Positions 25,801-40,056 of a stretch of 64,000 bases of DNA are shown here, piece by piece; the first letter of the stretch is position 1, and each line of letters starts with the position of its first letter. The position numbers were made by a program, and so were the translations under genes. This DNA is from Mustelus asterias (lineage: Eukaryota), in the NCBI RefSeq assembly GCF_964213995.1, contig NC_135804.1, positions 113,522,001 through 113,586,000 of the forward strand. The letters are read 5' to 3'. Under the pieces are notes generated by a model. That model was not told where the DNA came from, ran no database searches, and saw only the letters and a program-made list of their open reading frames with translations.

Positions 25801-27859
25801 CATTTTTATCCTGATCCATGACATTATGGTCTGTTTGCCCATCCGCCCTGCAGTCCTTGTTCTATTCAACATAGGTAGCATGTACCTCATATCTGTTGGT
25901 TAAAGCCAAGGGCCAAATCTTCTCCAGCACCACATCCTGGATTCCCACTGCTGCCCGACTCGCAGTCATGCTCTCCATAACCTGATTATCGACCAGCTCT
26001 CAATTCTACTTAACCTAAGGGGTGCGACTATCCCCAGAACAAAGTGACAAGCTAATTTTCCCCCTTCCTGATGTCTGCAACCGATGTTACTTGAACTCCA
26101 GTTCAATAACTTTGAGCCTAATTTGTTCAAAGTGCAGACAATTACCACAGGGATGACTGTCCAAGAAATCAATGTTCTCCATAAACATCCCACATGCTGA
26201 AGTTACAGTACATCACCTGCCCCGCCATGACTATCTTATATTTATGACTACAGAATTTTATTTACAAAATGTTGCTGGTTGTTTAGCAATTGTGACAAAC
26301 CAGTCCCGAAATGTTTCTCAGGTGACAAAACGAAAGGTTCAGCATTCAGATACAAACAGCTGTCAAAAACAGCAGTAATGGTTTAAAGGTGGCAATTTAA
26401 ACTTGAGGTTTTATGTACACACTATAGCTCATTAGGGCCTAATTAATCCTTTAAGCAATAAGGGAGTATTATAACATCAAAATAAAATCAGCATGCATAT
26501 TTTCAAAAGGAACGGAGAGTCTGCTGAGAGGACAACATTTACCAAGTTTGCTGAGTGTCTAATTAAGCATTTTAAAAAGTTACTGAGGTGGTAAATCAGT
26601 ATTTGCAGATGTAAAACTGGCTCTTTATAAATGTGCCTGTGGTTAGCAAAAGACTTATACAGCCCTTATTTTATAAAGTCGTTGTGCAACTTTAAGCTCT
26701 AATAACTTTAGGCATACACATGGTACAACAGTAAACAGCATTTGAAGGCACAATGTACAAATTGTTTTGTTGTTAACATTGTTATTAATGCAGTCTCAAT
26801 TATGTAAAATTGATTGAAGATGATAACGTAAGAAGAAAATGTGAACTATTGGAAAATCGGAATTGAACAATGTGCCACAAAAATGACAGCTACATTGAAG
26901 CAGAGAAATTGAAATGGAATTCTCTCAAAATTGTATGAAATATGCTTTCATATGACATATACAGTTTGCTTCTAACACAGATACATCCAAAATTATTAAA
27001 GTTTAAAGTTGCCTAAAGACTTCATAAACAAGGAGTCTATAGTTCTTAATAGATGCTACTTGTAGTCTACAATTGTACCTCGTAGATGCTGAGTCCAAGA
27101 AAGGCAATATAATTACTTCATCTTTTGCTTTTTGAGGGGGCAGGTGCCCTATTTTCAGCCAAAAGCAAATGCCGCTCCATAACTAATTGCTAAAACATGC
27201 AGAATGATTTGCCCTTTAACCTTGCCTGTTGCCCATTGCTGCAAATAATACTTCATTACCTCCAAATTCTGGGCCCCCTCCCACAAATATCCTGGCAGAT
27301 GGGAGGCAGTTTGCTGTGGATCGCGCTCTGCTCCACAGCCTATCATTTTCAGAGGCCAGTCTCGCATGCAACTGGCCATATATGGGACATGCATGCCAGA
27401 CAGATGGAACTTAAGCCTCAGCTATTTGTCTTGTCTATGAGACCTCAGGATCATCTATTGGGTCCTAGTGTCCAGTATTCAAAAGACAGCAGAGAGGTAC
27501 CACAAGAAGTTATCGACAAGGATATAAGCACAGAGCAGACTGTGCAATCACTCACCAGAGTGTGGGTGGATATAGTCTCCAAGAGCAAGAAAATATATTC
27601 CTTTAAACAAAAATGTTCCAGGTTTTTCAGGCAGCTCAGAGGCAGCATTTTCCCGTCTTGCCTAAATATGTTTCTCATCCGAATTTGGTGCAATTCAGGC
27701 AAATGACATCAGGACTGAAAAGTTGGCTATGATCAGTGCAGCAACTTTTGTGACAAAGTCAAATTCACTTTGAGATTTTCTCTTTATTATTTCATATTTC
27801 TGAATAGTTTTGTATACATGTCTTTCCTAAAGAAACTGAATAAATCACATGACATCAAG

Positions 27860-28620
27860 GTAGCATTTAACCAAGTGCGATAGCGAGGAGCCCTAGAAAA
27901 ACTGAAATCAATGGGAATCAAGGGCAAAAATGATACCCGGTATAAAGGAAGATGGTTGTGGTTGTTGGAGTTTAATCGTCTCAGTCCCAAGACATTGATG
28001 CAGGAGTTCCTTGGAGTAGTGTTCTTGGCTCAAACATCTTTTGTTGCTTCATCAACGACCTCCCCTCCATCATAAGGTCCGAAGAGGGGATACTTGCTGA
28101 TATTTACATAGTCTTCAGTACCATTCACACCTCCTCAGATACTGAAGCAGTCCAATTCCATATGGACAACATTCAGACTTGGGTTTATACATGGTAAGTA
28201 ACATTTGCACCACACAAGTGCCAGGCAATAACTATCCCCAAGAAAAGAAAATCGAAGCATCCCCTCTTAAAATTCAATGGCACAGCCATTACTGAAACCC
28301 CCACAAACAACATTGTAGGAGTTGCCACTGACTAGAAACTTAAACGGGCCAGCCACATAAACACTGTGGCCACAAGGCAGCTATGAGGTTGGGAATTACA
28401 CTGAGCAACTCACCTCCGGACTCTCCAAAGCTTATCCATCAACTGCAAGGCACAAGTAAAGAATGTGATCGAATACTCTCCACTTGTCTGGATAGTGAAC
28501 TCAAACAATATTCAAGTAGTTTGAAACCATCCAGGTCAAACCAGCCCACTGATCAGCACCCCATCTACTACCTTGAACATTCACTCCTTCACCATCAGCT
28601 CACAGCAACAGTGACGTGCA
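27860..28620 (+). mobile_element. Old CR1-group (L2/Crack-like) RT remnant
   Basis: AGVP.SSVLG, CFINDLPSII, WQVTFAPHKCQA-like motifs; matching 3' tail near 30040-30262. Confidence 0.65.
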
Positions 28621-29257
28621 ATACCTTACAACTGAACAAAACCTAACACGTTAACATCTGGAGTGCATTGCCTGAGAGTGTGGTGGAGGCAGGTTCAAAT
28701 GGCGCATTTAAAATGGAAATTAGAATGTTATCTGAGAAGGAAGAATGTGCAGAGTTATGGAGAGAAGGTGGGAAAATAGCACTAAAACAATTGCTAATTT
28801 GGAGAGCCAGTGTGGACGTGATGGGCCAAATGGCCTCCTTCTGCACTGTATCAGTGCTATGATTCTGTGGTCGAGGATTATCATATCAGATTGGTCGTGA
28901 TCTAATTGAATGGTGGAGCAGATTCAGTGGGCTGAATGGCCTCTGTTCTCAACCTTTACCACCTAGAAGAACAAGGGACATCAATGGTGGTCCTTCAAAA
29001 TCAAGGATGATGTCCGTCACGCTTGGCAAGTCTTCAGATGACAGAAGCCCAATTCTGGATCCACAAGTTCTTCTGCGGTGGGGGCATGATGTTGCGCGAG
29101 GTGAGGGGTGGAATTCGCAGGCTGGGTTGGCTTGCCTCGCCTTACTCTGCCACCACCGTTCTACCTCGCTGTCAAGTTACTGACCCTCGAAACAGCTTAC
29201 ACCTTGATGGACCAGGTGGAGCCATACTGAGCAGTCTGCAGCCTTCTCCCCCAATCA

Positions 29258-29543
29258 AAGTTTAAAAGTTTATTTATTAATGCCACAAGTAGGCTTACAT
29301 TAACACTGTAATGAAGTTACTATGAAAAACCCCTAGTTACGACACTCCGGCACCTGTTCGGGTACACTGAGGGAGAATTTAGCATGGCCAATGCACCTAA
29401 TCAGCACGTCTTTCGGACTATGGGAGGAAACGCACGCAGACACAGGGAGAACATGCAGACTCCGCACAGACAGTGACCTAAGCCGGAAATTGAATCCAGG
29501 TCCCTGACGCTCTGACGCAGCAGTGCTAACCATTGTGCTGCCC
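29258..29543 (-). mobile_element. V-SINE with type B tail
   Basis: Same structure as 14998 and 44390. Confidence 0.85.
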
Positions 29544-29549
29544 TATCAG

Positions 29550-30030
29550 TGCTATAGGGGAGCCTTGAGTGCATCCTTATTCCTTTCCCTTTTGTTGCCT
29601 TCAGAGCCTTGGCCAATGGAGTGCTGGGAGAAGAGAGCCTGCCATGGGAGGTGACTTCCAGGCATCCAGATGGAATGGCCCATCCACTGGAGTTGGTTCC
29701 AATAGAACAGGACTTCGATGCTGGTAGATGTAGCTTCAGGGAGGATGCTAGCTTTGGTCCAGCGGTTTTCCCAGTTGCTCCCCAGGATTCGTTGCAAGCA
29801 CAACTGATGGAAGCACTTGAGGATCTTAAAGTGGTGTTTTCACTACAGAGAAGGGTGGTCAACACAACAGCCATATAAACCTGAACCTTTGTTAACTTCC
29901 AAAGGCCCCTGTTGTCAAAGACATGTTGGGGCAGTTTGAAGAAGAGTGTGCTGGCACAGTCAACTTGGTGCTGGGCTCCCTCATTGATGATAGTTCCCCT
30001 TGGAGAGGTGGCTGCCGAGATATGTGAAGT
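29550..30030 (-). mobile_element. RTE LINE fragment
   Basis: TKVQVYMAVVLTTLL and CLQRILG motifs. Confidence 0.7.
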
Positions 30031-30289
30031 GCTGCACATGCTCAAGAAGAAAGGTAACAAGTACATGGAAACACCAACACTTGCAAGTTTCCCTTCAAAT
30101 CACACACCATCTTGATTTTGAATTATGCTGCTGAATCAAAAATCTGGAACTCGTTCCCTAACAGCACTGCTGCAGTTCAGGAAGTGGTGCACCAGCACGT
30201 TCTCAAGAGAAAATAGGGATGAGCAATAAATGCTTGCCTTGTCTGTGGCATCTCATGAATGAGTTAAAAAAAAAACTGGTAAAATGGAT

Positions 30290-31350
30290 AAGGGCAAAGG
30301 TATTTTGATCTTGGAAAGCATTTGATAAGGCAAGAGGTTAGTATATAAAAATTGGGTTGGATGGGGTAATATATTTGCATGGATTTAGAATTGGTTAATG
30401 GAGAGGATATAGAGAATTGAAACAAAGGAGACGTTTTCAGGTTGACAAGTTGTAACCCACAAGGGGTCTCAGTATATACAATCTACAGTAATGAATTAGA
30501 GGAGCCTGAGCAAATCATTTCCATGTTTGTTAACAGAACAAAAAGGGGTGGAAAATTAAGTGGATAGGAGAATGCAAAGAGGTCATGGAGGGATAATAGA
30601 ACTGTTCTGGTGAAACATGAACTCGGTTTTTCCTCTTGCCCTAGATGTTACTTGATCAGCTGAGTATTTCCAACATTTTCTATTTTCCTTTCAGATTTTC
30701 AGCATCTGCAGTATTTTTATTTTGTTGCAAGAGGAATATATTCAGGCTGTGGGAGTGAGCAAGATGATGGAGTACAAAATGGCAAAGTGTGGAGTTATTT
30801 GCTTTGGTAGGGGGAAAATAAAGTATATTTTTGAAGGGAGAATGGAAAATGTAAATATACTTTCTAATGATGGGAGACTGGGAAATATTTGTATTCAGGG
30901 GGATCTGTGTGCCCTTGTACATGGATCTCAGAAAGTGAATGTGCAATACAACAAGCAATTAGGAAGGCAAACGTCATGTTAGCTTTTGTTACAAAGTAAT
31001 TAGAGAATAAGATTAAGAAAGTTTGATCACACTTGTACAGGGCATTGGTGAGGCCACACTTCAGGTACTGATTTCCTCAGCAAAGGGAGGATATTACTAT
31101 CCCAGAGGGATTTCAATGAAGGTTCACTAGACTGGTTGCTGGGATGAGGGGATTGTCCAATGAGGAGAGATTGAGTAAAGTAGGTCCATATTCCCTGGAG
31201 TTTAGAAGAATGAGAGTTGATTGAATTGAACATATAAAATTCTTCAAGGGCTTTACAGGGTGGATACTGAGATAATGTTTCCCCCGGTTGGGAAATCTAG
31301 AATACAGGGTATAACATCAGCATAAACTGGCTAGTCATTTAGACTGGAGG
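30290..31350 (+). mobile_element. Old CR1 remnant containing a copy of the 135-375 family (about 30600-30725)
   Basis: Degenerate KAFDK, KCGVICFG, LYRALVRPH motifs. Confidence 0.65.
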
Positions 31351-31634
31351 AGAAATCACCATTCCTTCACTGTCTCTGGGTCTCCCTTAGGAAGGTAGTC
31401 CCTTCCTAACAGCACTGTGGGTGTACCTGCAACAGATGGACTGCAGTGGTTCAAGGCAGAGTCTCACTAACACTTCCCCAAGGTCAATTAGGGATGAGTA
31501 ACAAATGTTGGCCTAGCCAGCGACACTCTCATCCTGTGAAAGAATAAAAAAATCTTGTGTTCTTGAAGAATTTGACCACGTTCAGATAAATATCTGAAGC
31601 TTTATGCACCAAGAACAAAATATGGAACAAAGTA

Positions 31635-32015
31635 CAGGCAGTCCCCGGGTTACGAACGAGTTCCGTTTTTAAGTCTGTCTGTAAGTCGAATTTGTATGCA
31701 AGTCGGAACAGTTACGTATGGTTCACATCCAGCTTTGCAGCCATGATTACGAGGGTAAACACACAAAAAATTTAAGTCAAAACACAACGCACACAACAGT
31801 GTTTACGCGATCCGACTGAAAATGGCGACGACGGTGTGGCATTGTTCTCCCTCGGGCCGACGAACCGCTGAAAACGCACAGTATTTTGAGCGTCGCGCAA
31901 TGTAGTCCGCCCGTTCGTTAGTACGAACCATTGTATGTAACTCAATTTTTAAAAATAATAGGCTTTACGGAGGTCGGTACGCAAGTACGGGCGCTCGTAA
32001 CCTGGGGACTGCCTG
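31635..32015. mobile_element. Tc1/mariner-pogo (Tigger-like) MITE
   Basis: TIRs CAGGCAGTCCCCRGGTTACGA, TA TSD on both sides. Confidence 0.9.
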
Positions 32016-32878
32016 TAATGCTAATCAACTCATTAAATCATTGCCCATGTACAACTGACAGTATTGTGGACTCCACCTTACACAAGTTCTCTCCAAGAGG
32101 GGCAACCAGTGCAGGTAAGAATATAGAGAAGATAAAGTTTGATTAATTTTCTCCCACAAAAAAAAAATCCAAGTGGAAATTACTGGGTAACTGTAACCTA
32201 CAAAACACACCAGTGCAAGTTAGGTGCCACATTTTTACTCGGAGTCCTGAGTACACTGGAATCAGAAATTTGCCCCAGACCAGTTTGACTTCACATCAGG
32301 TAGAGTCCTGGTGTAAACCTGAACTTTTAAGTGTCCTCAAAGTCTGTCAGACTTCCTTAGAGCCTGAGAGAATCAAACCTATTGAAAACTAAAAGAAAGC
32401 AACTTCTTACTGAACTTCAAAAATTAGCCAGATATAGATGTACGTATATCAAAGTGCAGTGCTCTATTGTCACTGAAATTAACGCGACCTCCAAGGTATT
32501 GGCTGAGAGCAATAATGGTCTGTTTCAGTGAGAGTGCTTCATTTTACTTGCCTGTTTAAAGCACTTGGTAGATCACTGTCTTAATGCATGTTTCTTCTCA
32601 CTTTGCAATAAAATCATGCCATGCGTAATATCAACCTGACATTACAAAACACATCCATCCTGAACCCAAGCACAGAATCCGGAAATGAGCTCCAGAACAA
32701 CAAATTTCTGTTCTTATCTATTTACTATCCTTCAAAATCAAGTTTCTAGCCAAACTTGACAAGTTCAGCATTCATAAACATAATCAATGGTGAAGTTAGA
32801 TAAATATACAAAGTGCTGAGATCACATCCAGACAAAAAAAACAATGCTTAACAAAATTACACTTCAAACAGCTTCCTG

Positions 32879-33067
32879 TAGAAACCATAGAAACCCTACA
32901 GTGCAGAAGGAGGCCATTCGGCCCATCAAGTCTGCACCGACCACAATCCCACCCAGGCCCTACCCCCACACATTTACCCTCTAATCCCTCTAACCTACGC
33001 ATCCCAGGACTCTAAGGGGCAATTTTTAACCTGGCCAATCAACCTAACCCGCACATCTTTGGACTGT
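32879..33067 (-). mobile_element. 5'-truncated HE1 SINE
   Basis: Tail half only. Confidence 0.8.
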
Positions 33068-34170
33068 AACAATTGTTAATTCTCAGCGTCCTACTGAATC
33101 AAAGATACACTATCATCCGCGAACCCACAAACCCAATATTGCTTACAAGTTACAAACCAAACACATTGACACAGAAAAATAAGCTTGGTTATGAATCTTG
33201 AAGCAGCCAATTGCAATTTACATCACTTTTTCGAATCTTAGTCAATAAAAATCTTAGTTTTAATGCTCGAAATACTCAAATATCGCATGGGCAGTATTTT
33301 TAAAATGTTACTAGTCAAACCACATAATTTGTGATACTCCGTAATCCAGTATGGAGCTGCAGATTGTTCACTAAAATCGTTAGCTGTAAAGCAGTATTTG
33401 GGGGGAGGGGGCTTAACCTAAATATTGAAAGAGAAAACAAAGAATTCTGGCACATCTTTTCATTACTTGTAACACACCCTGTTCAGATTAAAATGTTCTA
33501 ACTCACTGATATGCCTAGATTGAATCAAATGTATTAACCAGTTTAAATATAGAACAGTCTACTTGTGTTTACTTAAGCTGACTCTTTTCTTCCCACAGAA
33601 CGCTCATATTAAATTTCCGTTCTTTAGATGTTTACAGTTTTATTGCATTACAATCTGGTAATGGGAGCTTCCAAGTAAAACTGTTGTTCTTCTGGAGTCC
33701 AGGAATTACTTCTGAATATTACACAAATTAAATTATTTTCCTCTGTGCAATAGATTGTGACTGTTTCTTTCTCTTCACAATTTTCTCACGAGATCTGAAG
33801 AAACATTTTTATTCATAGTGCTCATATTATTAGGGATCAACATTGTTAGCATTTCCTCTCCTGAGGGATATTACATGATTTTGTGCCGAGCTGCTTGCAA
33901 TTTTTCTGTAACTTTTGTAAACATCTGTTTGCCAAATTTTAACATGCTATAGTTAAACGTGCACACCGGAGGAAATTGGAACAAAACCTTTGCTAGGCAA
34001 GTATTAAGTATTCTCACAGACATGACTTAATTCAAAATACTGAATTAGGACATAATCTATTTCTGATATTACTGCAATATCACTATGGAGTAAGGCTGAA
34101 ATGGATAATATACATGCAATATTAGCAACTCTCGAGCTACACAAAACCTCCCCCCCCCAAAAAAAAACAG

Positions 34171-34532
34171 CCTCCCATCCATCGACTCCACCTACACTTC
34201 CCGCTGCCTCGCAAAGCAGCCAGCGTAATTAAGGGCCCCACGCACCCCGGAACAGTCTCTCTTCCACCTTCCTCCGTCGGGAAAAAGATACAAAAGACTG
34301 AGATCATGTACTAACCGACTCAAGAACAGCTTCTTCCCTGCTGCTGTCAGACTTTTGAATGGACCTACCTTGCATTAAATTGATCTTTCTCTACACCCTA
34401 GCTATGACTGTGACACTACATTCTGCACTCTCTCGTTTCCTTCTCTATGAACAGAACACTCTATCTGTATAGCGCGCAAGAAACAATACTTTTCACTGCA
34501 TGCTAATACGTGACAATAATAAATCAAATCAA
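34171..34532 (+). mobile_element. Rex1/Babar LINE 3' end
   Basis: PSGKRY...TNRLKNSFFPAAVRLLN; tail gtgacaataataaatcaaatcaaa. Confidence 0.8.
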
Positions 34533-35149
34533 AAAAAATAAATCAGCATTGCAGCTGTAGTATGGCAGGAAAAAGACTTTTTCAAAGCTTGTACTCATGA
34601 GGACAGTCACAAGAATACCAATATCCTGATGAGTAGAAGGTAAAAGCTTTGACAAAATGTCCGAAAATGACACAATTTTCAGCAATACTCGGGTTCTGCC
34701 CCGCCAAATAAGTATTTCTACAATATTAGGCACTGGTAGACTTTTTTCTGTTCGATTATGCATAAATCATTCATAACCCAATTTACTCGCTCCTTCATCT
34801 TGAAGGATAGGAGAAATTTACTATCGACCTCCATAATAATAGGCCATCTGATCCTTATAAGCCAACAAGGGGATGTTTTGTGAGGAAACATTTCCCGGTG
34901 GATTCTGTTCTTTGCCCCTCCCTCCCTCTTCTTCCCAAACGCCTCCAATACTTCCTGAAATAAACCAGGGTAGGAACATGTGAAATATGTCTGCAACAGA
35001 TTGAATTTTAACATTAGAATGCGGGAGGCTGGTATCCTTTATGGCCACTGCCCTGGGTTCTGTTACGTTCAATCATCCCTGCACAGGAAGATGGAGGGGA
35101 ATTTCAGCATCCTGTGGCTCCAATTTCAGCCCCACCTTTAAGATAGAAT

Positions 35150-35578
35150 TAAAAGAAAGACATGTATTTGCACAGCACCTTTTATGGTCTCAAGACATTG
35201 CAAAGTGTTTTGCAGTCAATGAAGTTACTTTAAAGTGTAGTCATTGTTTTAGTGTAGAAAACTGCCAACTTGCACACAGCAAGTTTCCACTAACAACAAT
35301 GTGATATTGGTCACATAAATCAGTTCTTTTTGGTGACATTGACTGAAGGACAATATTGGCAGGATATGCGCCATGGGAGTTTCACATCCATCTGGGAAAA
35401 CACAAAGGACTATGAATTAATGCCTCATCTGAAAGACAGCAACCCTGGCAATGCAGCATTCCCTCAGTGCTGCACTGGGGTATCAGCCTAGATGTGTGCT
35501 TCAGTCGCTGGAATGGGAATAGAACTCTCAATCTTCAAATTAGAAACAAGAGTGTTATCAACTGTGTGAGGGCTGACA
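35150..35578 (-). mobile_element. Deu-SINE (SacSINE1-like)
   Basis: Deu-domain-like cagtgcagcactgagggaatgctgcattg; tRNA-like head; partial copy at 62855-63038. Confidence 0.7.
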
Positions 35579-35739
35579 TGCTGAATAGCACATAACTCAA
35601 TGAATAATCTGCTGTAGATACTATAGAAGCTAGAAAATTGAGAAAAATATGCATCATTTACGAAAGTCTAAGAAAATTCTGGAAATATTCAGCAGGTCTG
35701 GCATGATGCATTCTCTGTGGAGAGAGAAGCAGAGTTAAC

Positions 35740-36390
35740 GGGTGGAATCTTACTACCGTAGAAAATTCTCAGGACATTAGAATCATATGCAGGTCCCAGT
35801 CTGAGCTTCCTGGAGACAGCTGATTAACTTCCAAAAACCGCGATCAATTAGGGCCAGTAGGCAGGCTCTGTGGGCACCAGAGTCAATCGGATTGTCAATG
35901 GCTGCAGTCAGCCAACAGGCGGAGATGGGTGATGCCAATGTAGAAGGAGACAGCGAGTGTCTCTCAAGGTGGAGATGCCCGAATAAAACAAAACCGGTAA
36001 GTGTGGCCACAGCGACAAGGCTACCATTGTGTGTGTGCACGTGTGTGTGGGGGGGGTGAGAAAAATGCCATAGCCCTCTGCCAGCCAAGATTTCACAAGG
36101 GAGGTGAATTAAATGAGGCCCCGCTGGATGCTGGCCTACCACCAGGAGGCCACCTCCAGCCACCCTGCCAGGCACTGGACTCAGCAGGAGGCCTCTCCAC
36201 CATTGTGAAGGTCTCGGTGCCATGAACATTCACCTTCAATTGACATTTAATTCCAAATAATTAGCTAACCCCCTTCTGGGTGGATTGCCATTCTGAATCC
36301 ATCCCTGGTGAGGTCATGTTGGGCAACGTTTCACAAATTTCCCTCCTTCTTGCACCAAAGCTGCCTCGGCGTGACTGATAATACTCCCCC
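35740..36390. mobile_element. Harbinger-like MITE inserted into a copy of the 135-375 family
   Basis: gggtggaatctt...aatactccccc, 3-bp TSD aac; host element continues on both sides. Confidence 0.6.
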
Positions 36391-38592
36391 AACATTTCGA
36401 GTTGATGTCTTTTCAATTGTTCTGATGAAATGCAGGAACATAAGAACATTGGGGCAGGAGTAGGCCATTCAGCCCCTGGAGCCCGTTCGACCATTTAACT
36501 AGTTCATGGCTGATCATCTACCTTAATGCCATTTTCTTCGCGTTATTTTCCTGGTCTCTGTCTTGAACATACTCCATGACTGAGCTTCCATAAAATCGCT
36601 ACACTCGAGTGAAGAAATTCCTTTTAGTCTCGGTTCTAAATGGCTTGCCCCTTATTCTGAGAGTGCGTTCATTGGTGCTAGACCACCGCCACTTTGCTTT
36701 TGAACATTTAATAAGATGTATATTTCAAAATGAAAGTCTGTGAACTCTTAAAATGTAGACATTACTTGAAGCAACTCCAATATGGTAAAAAAAATAATTA
36801 AGCGTTGTTTGAACAAGTTAAACCACATCATATTTGAAAGGAATATATTTCATGATAATAGCCATAAATGGCCTCTTGATAGTGTTCACATTCTTTACTA
36901 CAATGTGCCACAAGATGGCAGGCTTCCTAACCACAACCATCTTCTCTGCATTTTGAAAATTTACATTAAAACCTAACAATTCATTTATTCAGTCTCAATT
37001 CCTAGCAAACCTCAACACATCACTTTCAGTAATGCAGGTAAGAGGCTTACAAAATACTGAAAACTTAAACATTTACTTTTATTACCAGAAAATCCCCAGG
37101 AAGTCTTATCAAAATAATTACAGGGCTCTGAAGGATAATGGACTTTGCACTAAATCCTATTAAACAATTATATATAAATGTGAATCATATAGTAACATTA
37201 AAAAATGTATCACAATACGCTTTAGTTATTCTCTATTCAAAACAAAACTTTTATTTTACCCTTTTGAACCTATTTACACCAAAAGGATATTAAACCAAAT
37301 CTGCACTGTTGATTAAAATAATGAAATAAGTCTATTTTTCCAATGTTCAAGTTAGATGAACAACTTGATCTCCTAGGTCCATAATTAGAAAGGGTGTCTT
37401 GGCGAGGGTGGCTATCTGTTGCAGAGATTAAAATTTGAATTAGGGAAAGGCCATAGAATTTGGGATTCTAACATGCTGAATTTATTCATACGACGAGTTC
37501 TGCAGTTATCAGCTAAAATGTCAGCAGCAGAACAAACAATCTTTTTGTACCGTGAATACGCAGATAGCCGCGCACATGCAAGGGCTGTTTTCTGAGCTCA
37601 AAATGCACTGCATGAGGAAAACAATTTTGCAGTGAATAATATCTTAGAATTCTTTTCAAATAGCTCAGCCCCAAAAGGAAATGTGCATTGTTAGTTTCAT
37701 CTTCAGCCGCTTCTCTTCACTCAAGCAACTTTATTCAGTTTCCTGTCCTGGATGGAGGCAACTGAAGGTTCAATCGCCCTGACGCTATCTATCAGCATGG
37801 GGAAAAAAAATAAAGTGCCAAACAGAGTTAATAGCTTCATGCTTCATACCAAAACTGTGGAAAACTGCCATAGACATGAGAGTTTTGGTCTCCTTTTGAA
37901 ATTCATCTTAATGGACAGTTAAATTTGAAGGCTCATCTTTAAGCTATCATAGCAGCCTTTTCAGGCCAATGAACTACAGCAAAAAGCACAAACAATTTGC
38001 TTGTTGCTTTTATTTAGGAGTAGCACCAGCTGCTATGACCATCATTACTTCAAACTAGTGTCCTGCATTATTAGATGGTCTCCTGGTCACAAACCGCGAA
38101 ACAAATTGCAAAATCCACTATTGCACGGCAAGGCATGTGTCACAAAGTAAAAACATTGTTTCACTAAAATCCCAACAACATTGCACATTCATTGGCTTCC
38201 TTTCCAAAAGAAAGTCATCATTTATATATAACTGTCTTTGGGTTACGTGTAGAGAGCAATATTTGGCAGCCCGAAATGCTTGATTTGTTACTTATCTGGG
38301 CAGACTGGGTGGGAACAAACATGATCAAAAATCCTTCTGCTCAAATTGGGCACAAAACATGAGAGCTCCAATTTAAAAAAACCTGAACGACTGTAGAAGA
38401 CTAATAAATAAAAAGTGAAATAAAACACCGATGAAGACCTAAGTTTTGGATAAGCTGCATTCTCCTCTTGCTAAAGATGGGTGAATCTGAAGGCATTAAC
38501 TTTCATAATCTTCTCATTCTAGCATATAACGTTGTCTAACTCTGCCATTCCTGAATCCTTTTGCCACTAGAGTCCTGCATCTATCCCTTTGC

Positions 38593-38629
38593 CACACACA
38601 CGCACACACGCGCACGCACGCACACACAC
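38593..38629 (+). repeat. (CA/CG)n microsatellite inside an L2-like remnant (about 38520-39050)
   Basis: cacacacacgcacacacgcgcacgcacgcacacacac. Confidence 0.75.
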
Positions 38630-39484
38630 GGTTTTGGTCACATAACTCGTTCATCCAAAATTCTGCTGCCTAAATCCTCAATTTTAAAATTCTTATCCTT
38701 GTTTTCAAATCCCACTAAGGACTCCCTATCTCTGTAATCTTTTCTAGCCCCACAACCTTCCAAGATATCTGTGCGGCTCTAATTCTGGCCGCTTGAAAAT
38801 CACAACAATTTTAACTGCTCCACCGCCGTACTATCAGTTGCTTGGACCCCAGCTCTGCAATTCCCTATTTAAACTTTCTGCTTCTCGACCTCTTTTTCCT
38901 GCTTACATCCTACGTCTTTGAGCAAGTTTTTGGTCTTCTGCCCTAATATCAGTTTGTGTGGCTTGATGTCAATTTTTGCTTTACAACATTCCTGTAAAAC
39001 CTCTTGGAATAATTTATGATATCAGATACATCGTATGAATACAAGTTGTTGTAGCAAACGGAGGGGCCACGAAAAAGATAGTTGATTTTACAAACAAGTT
39101 ACAATAATAGTTGTCATTAAAGTATTAAAATGGTGGGTACATATTTCTTTTCTTTGTATCAAAAAGGGAAAAGAGGAATTGTATTTAAACATATTGATAC
39201 AGACCTTCTTTATAGCTGTCAGAAAGTTGTATCTTTGAGCAGTTACTTGAATTATGAATTGATCTGGCAGTTGTTAAGGTGATAAGTTCAGCTGTTAAAA
39301 GCCACCTAAATCTCAGAATTATTGCCAGTTATTTCAAATGAAACATCTGTGATAGAGAAACAACAGCTTGAAATGCCTGCAGGATCTAATAGTTTTTAGG
39401 CTAAAGTGCAATAAAGAAACAGAGACTCTGGGCTTGAGTGAACATATTTCACGTCATGCACTTGCCATTCCTAAAATTATAAAT

Positions 39485-39800
39485 CAGATGTCAAACTAAT
39501 GTTCTGGGGACCCGTGTTCGAATCCTGCAAAGGGATTTGAATTGAATGAAAAAAATCTGGAATTAAGAAACTACTCACGGCCATGAAACCATTGTTGATT
39601 GTTGCAAAAAACCCATCTGGTTCACTAGATGGGAAGGAAGTCTGCTGTCCTTACTTGGTCTGGCCGACATACAACTCCAGAGCCACAGCAACATGGTTGA
39701 CTCTCAATTGCCCTCTGAAATGGCCTAGCCAACGGTAACTGGGGATGGGCAACAAATGCTGGCCAGCCAGCGATACTCATGTCTCACAAATGAATAAAAA
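39485..39800 (+). mobile_element. tRNA-derived SINE with L2/Crack-type tail
   Basis: B-box gttcgaatcc; tail gggcaacaaatgctggcc shared with about 31490. Confidence 0.65.
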
Positions 39801-40056
39801 AACCTGGGAGTTTGAACAACATGAGGTATTTGCTACACACATGGTTATTGAGCACACATACAGTACCCTGGAGTTCCCACATGACACAGGAATTGCAACA
39901 ATGGGTCTCAGCTATTCCATCACTTTGCTTTAGATTTAGATATTGGTTATGTTAGGTTTGTTTAAACTCAGTACCCTCTTAGATATTTTTTATTTCTTGA
40001 CTATATATAAATAAAAATCTGGCACAGTATAAGAAAGATAATTTGGATCCCTTTAA

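Noticed and set aside
27555-27715. Possible minus-strand exon with a strong GTGAGT donor
   Set aside because: All frames from the best acceptor hit stops.
34821-34954. Possible terminal exon GSIGGVWEE...YYYGGR
   Set aside because: Only a plausible acceptor; no homology or partner exon.
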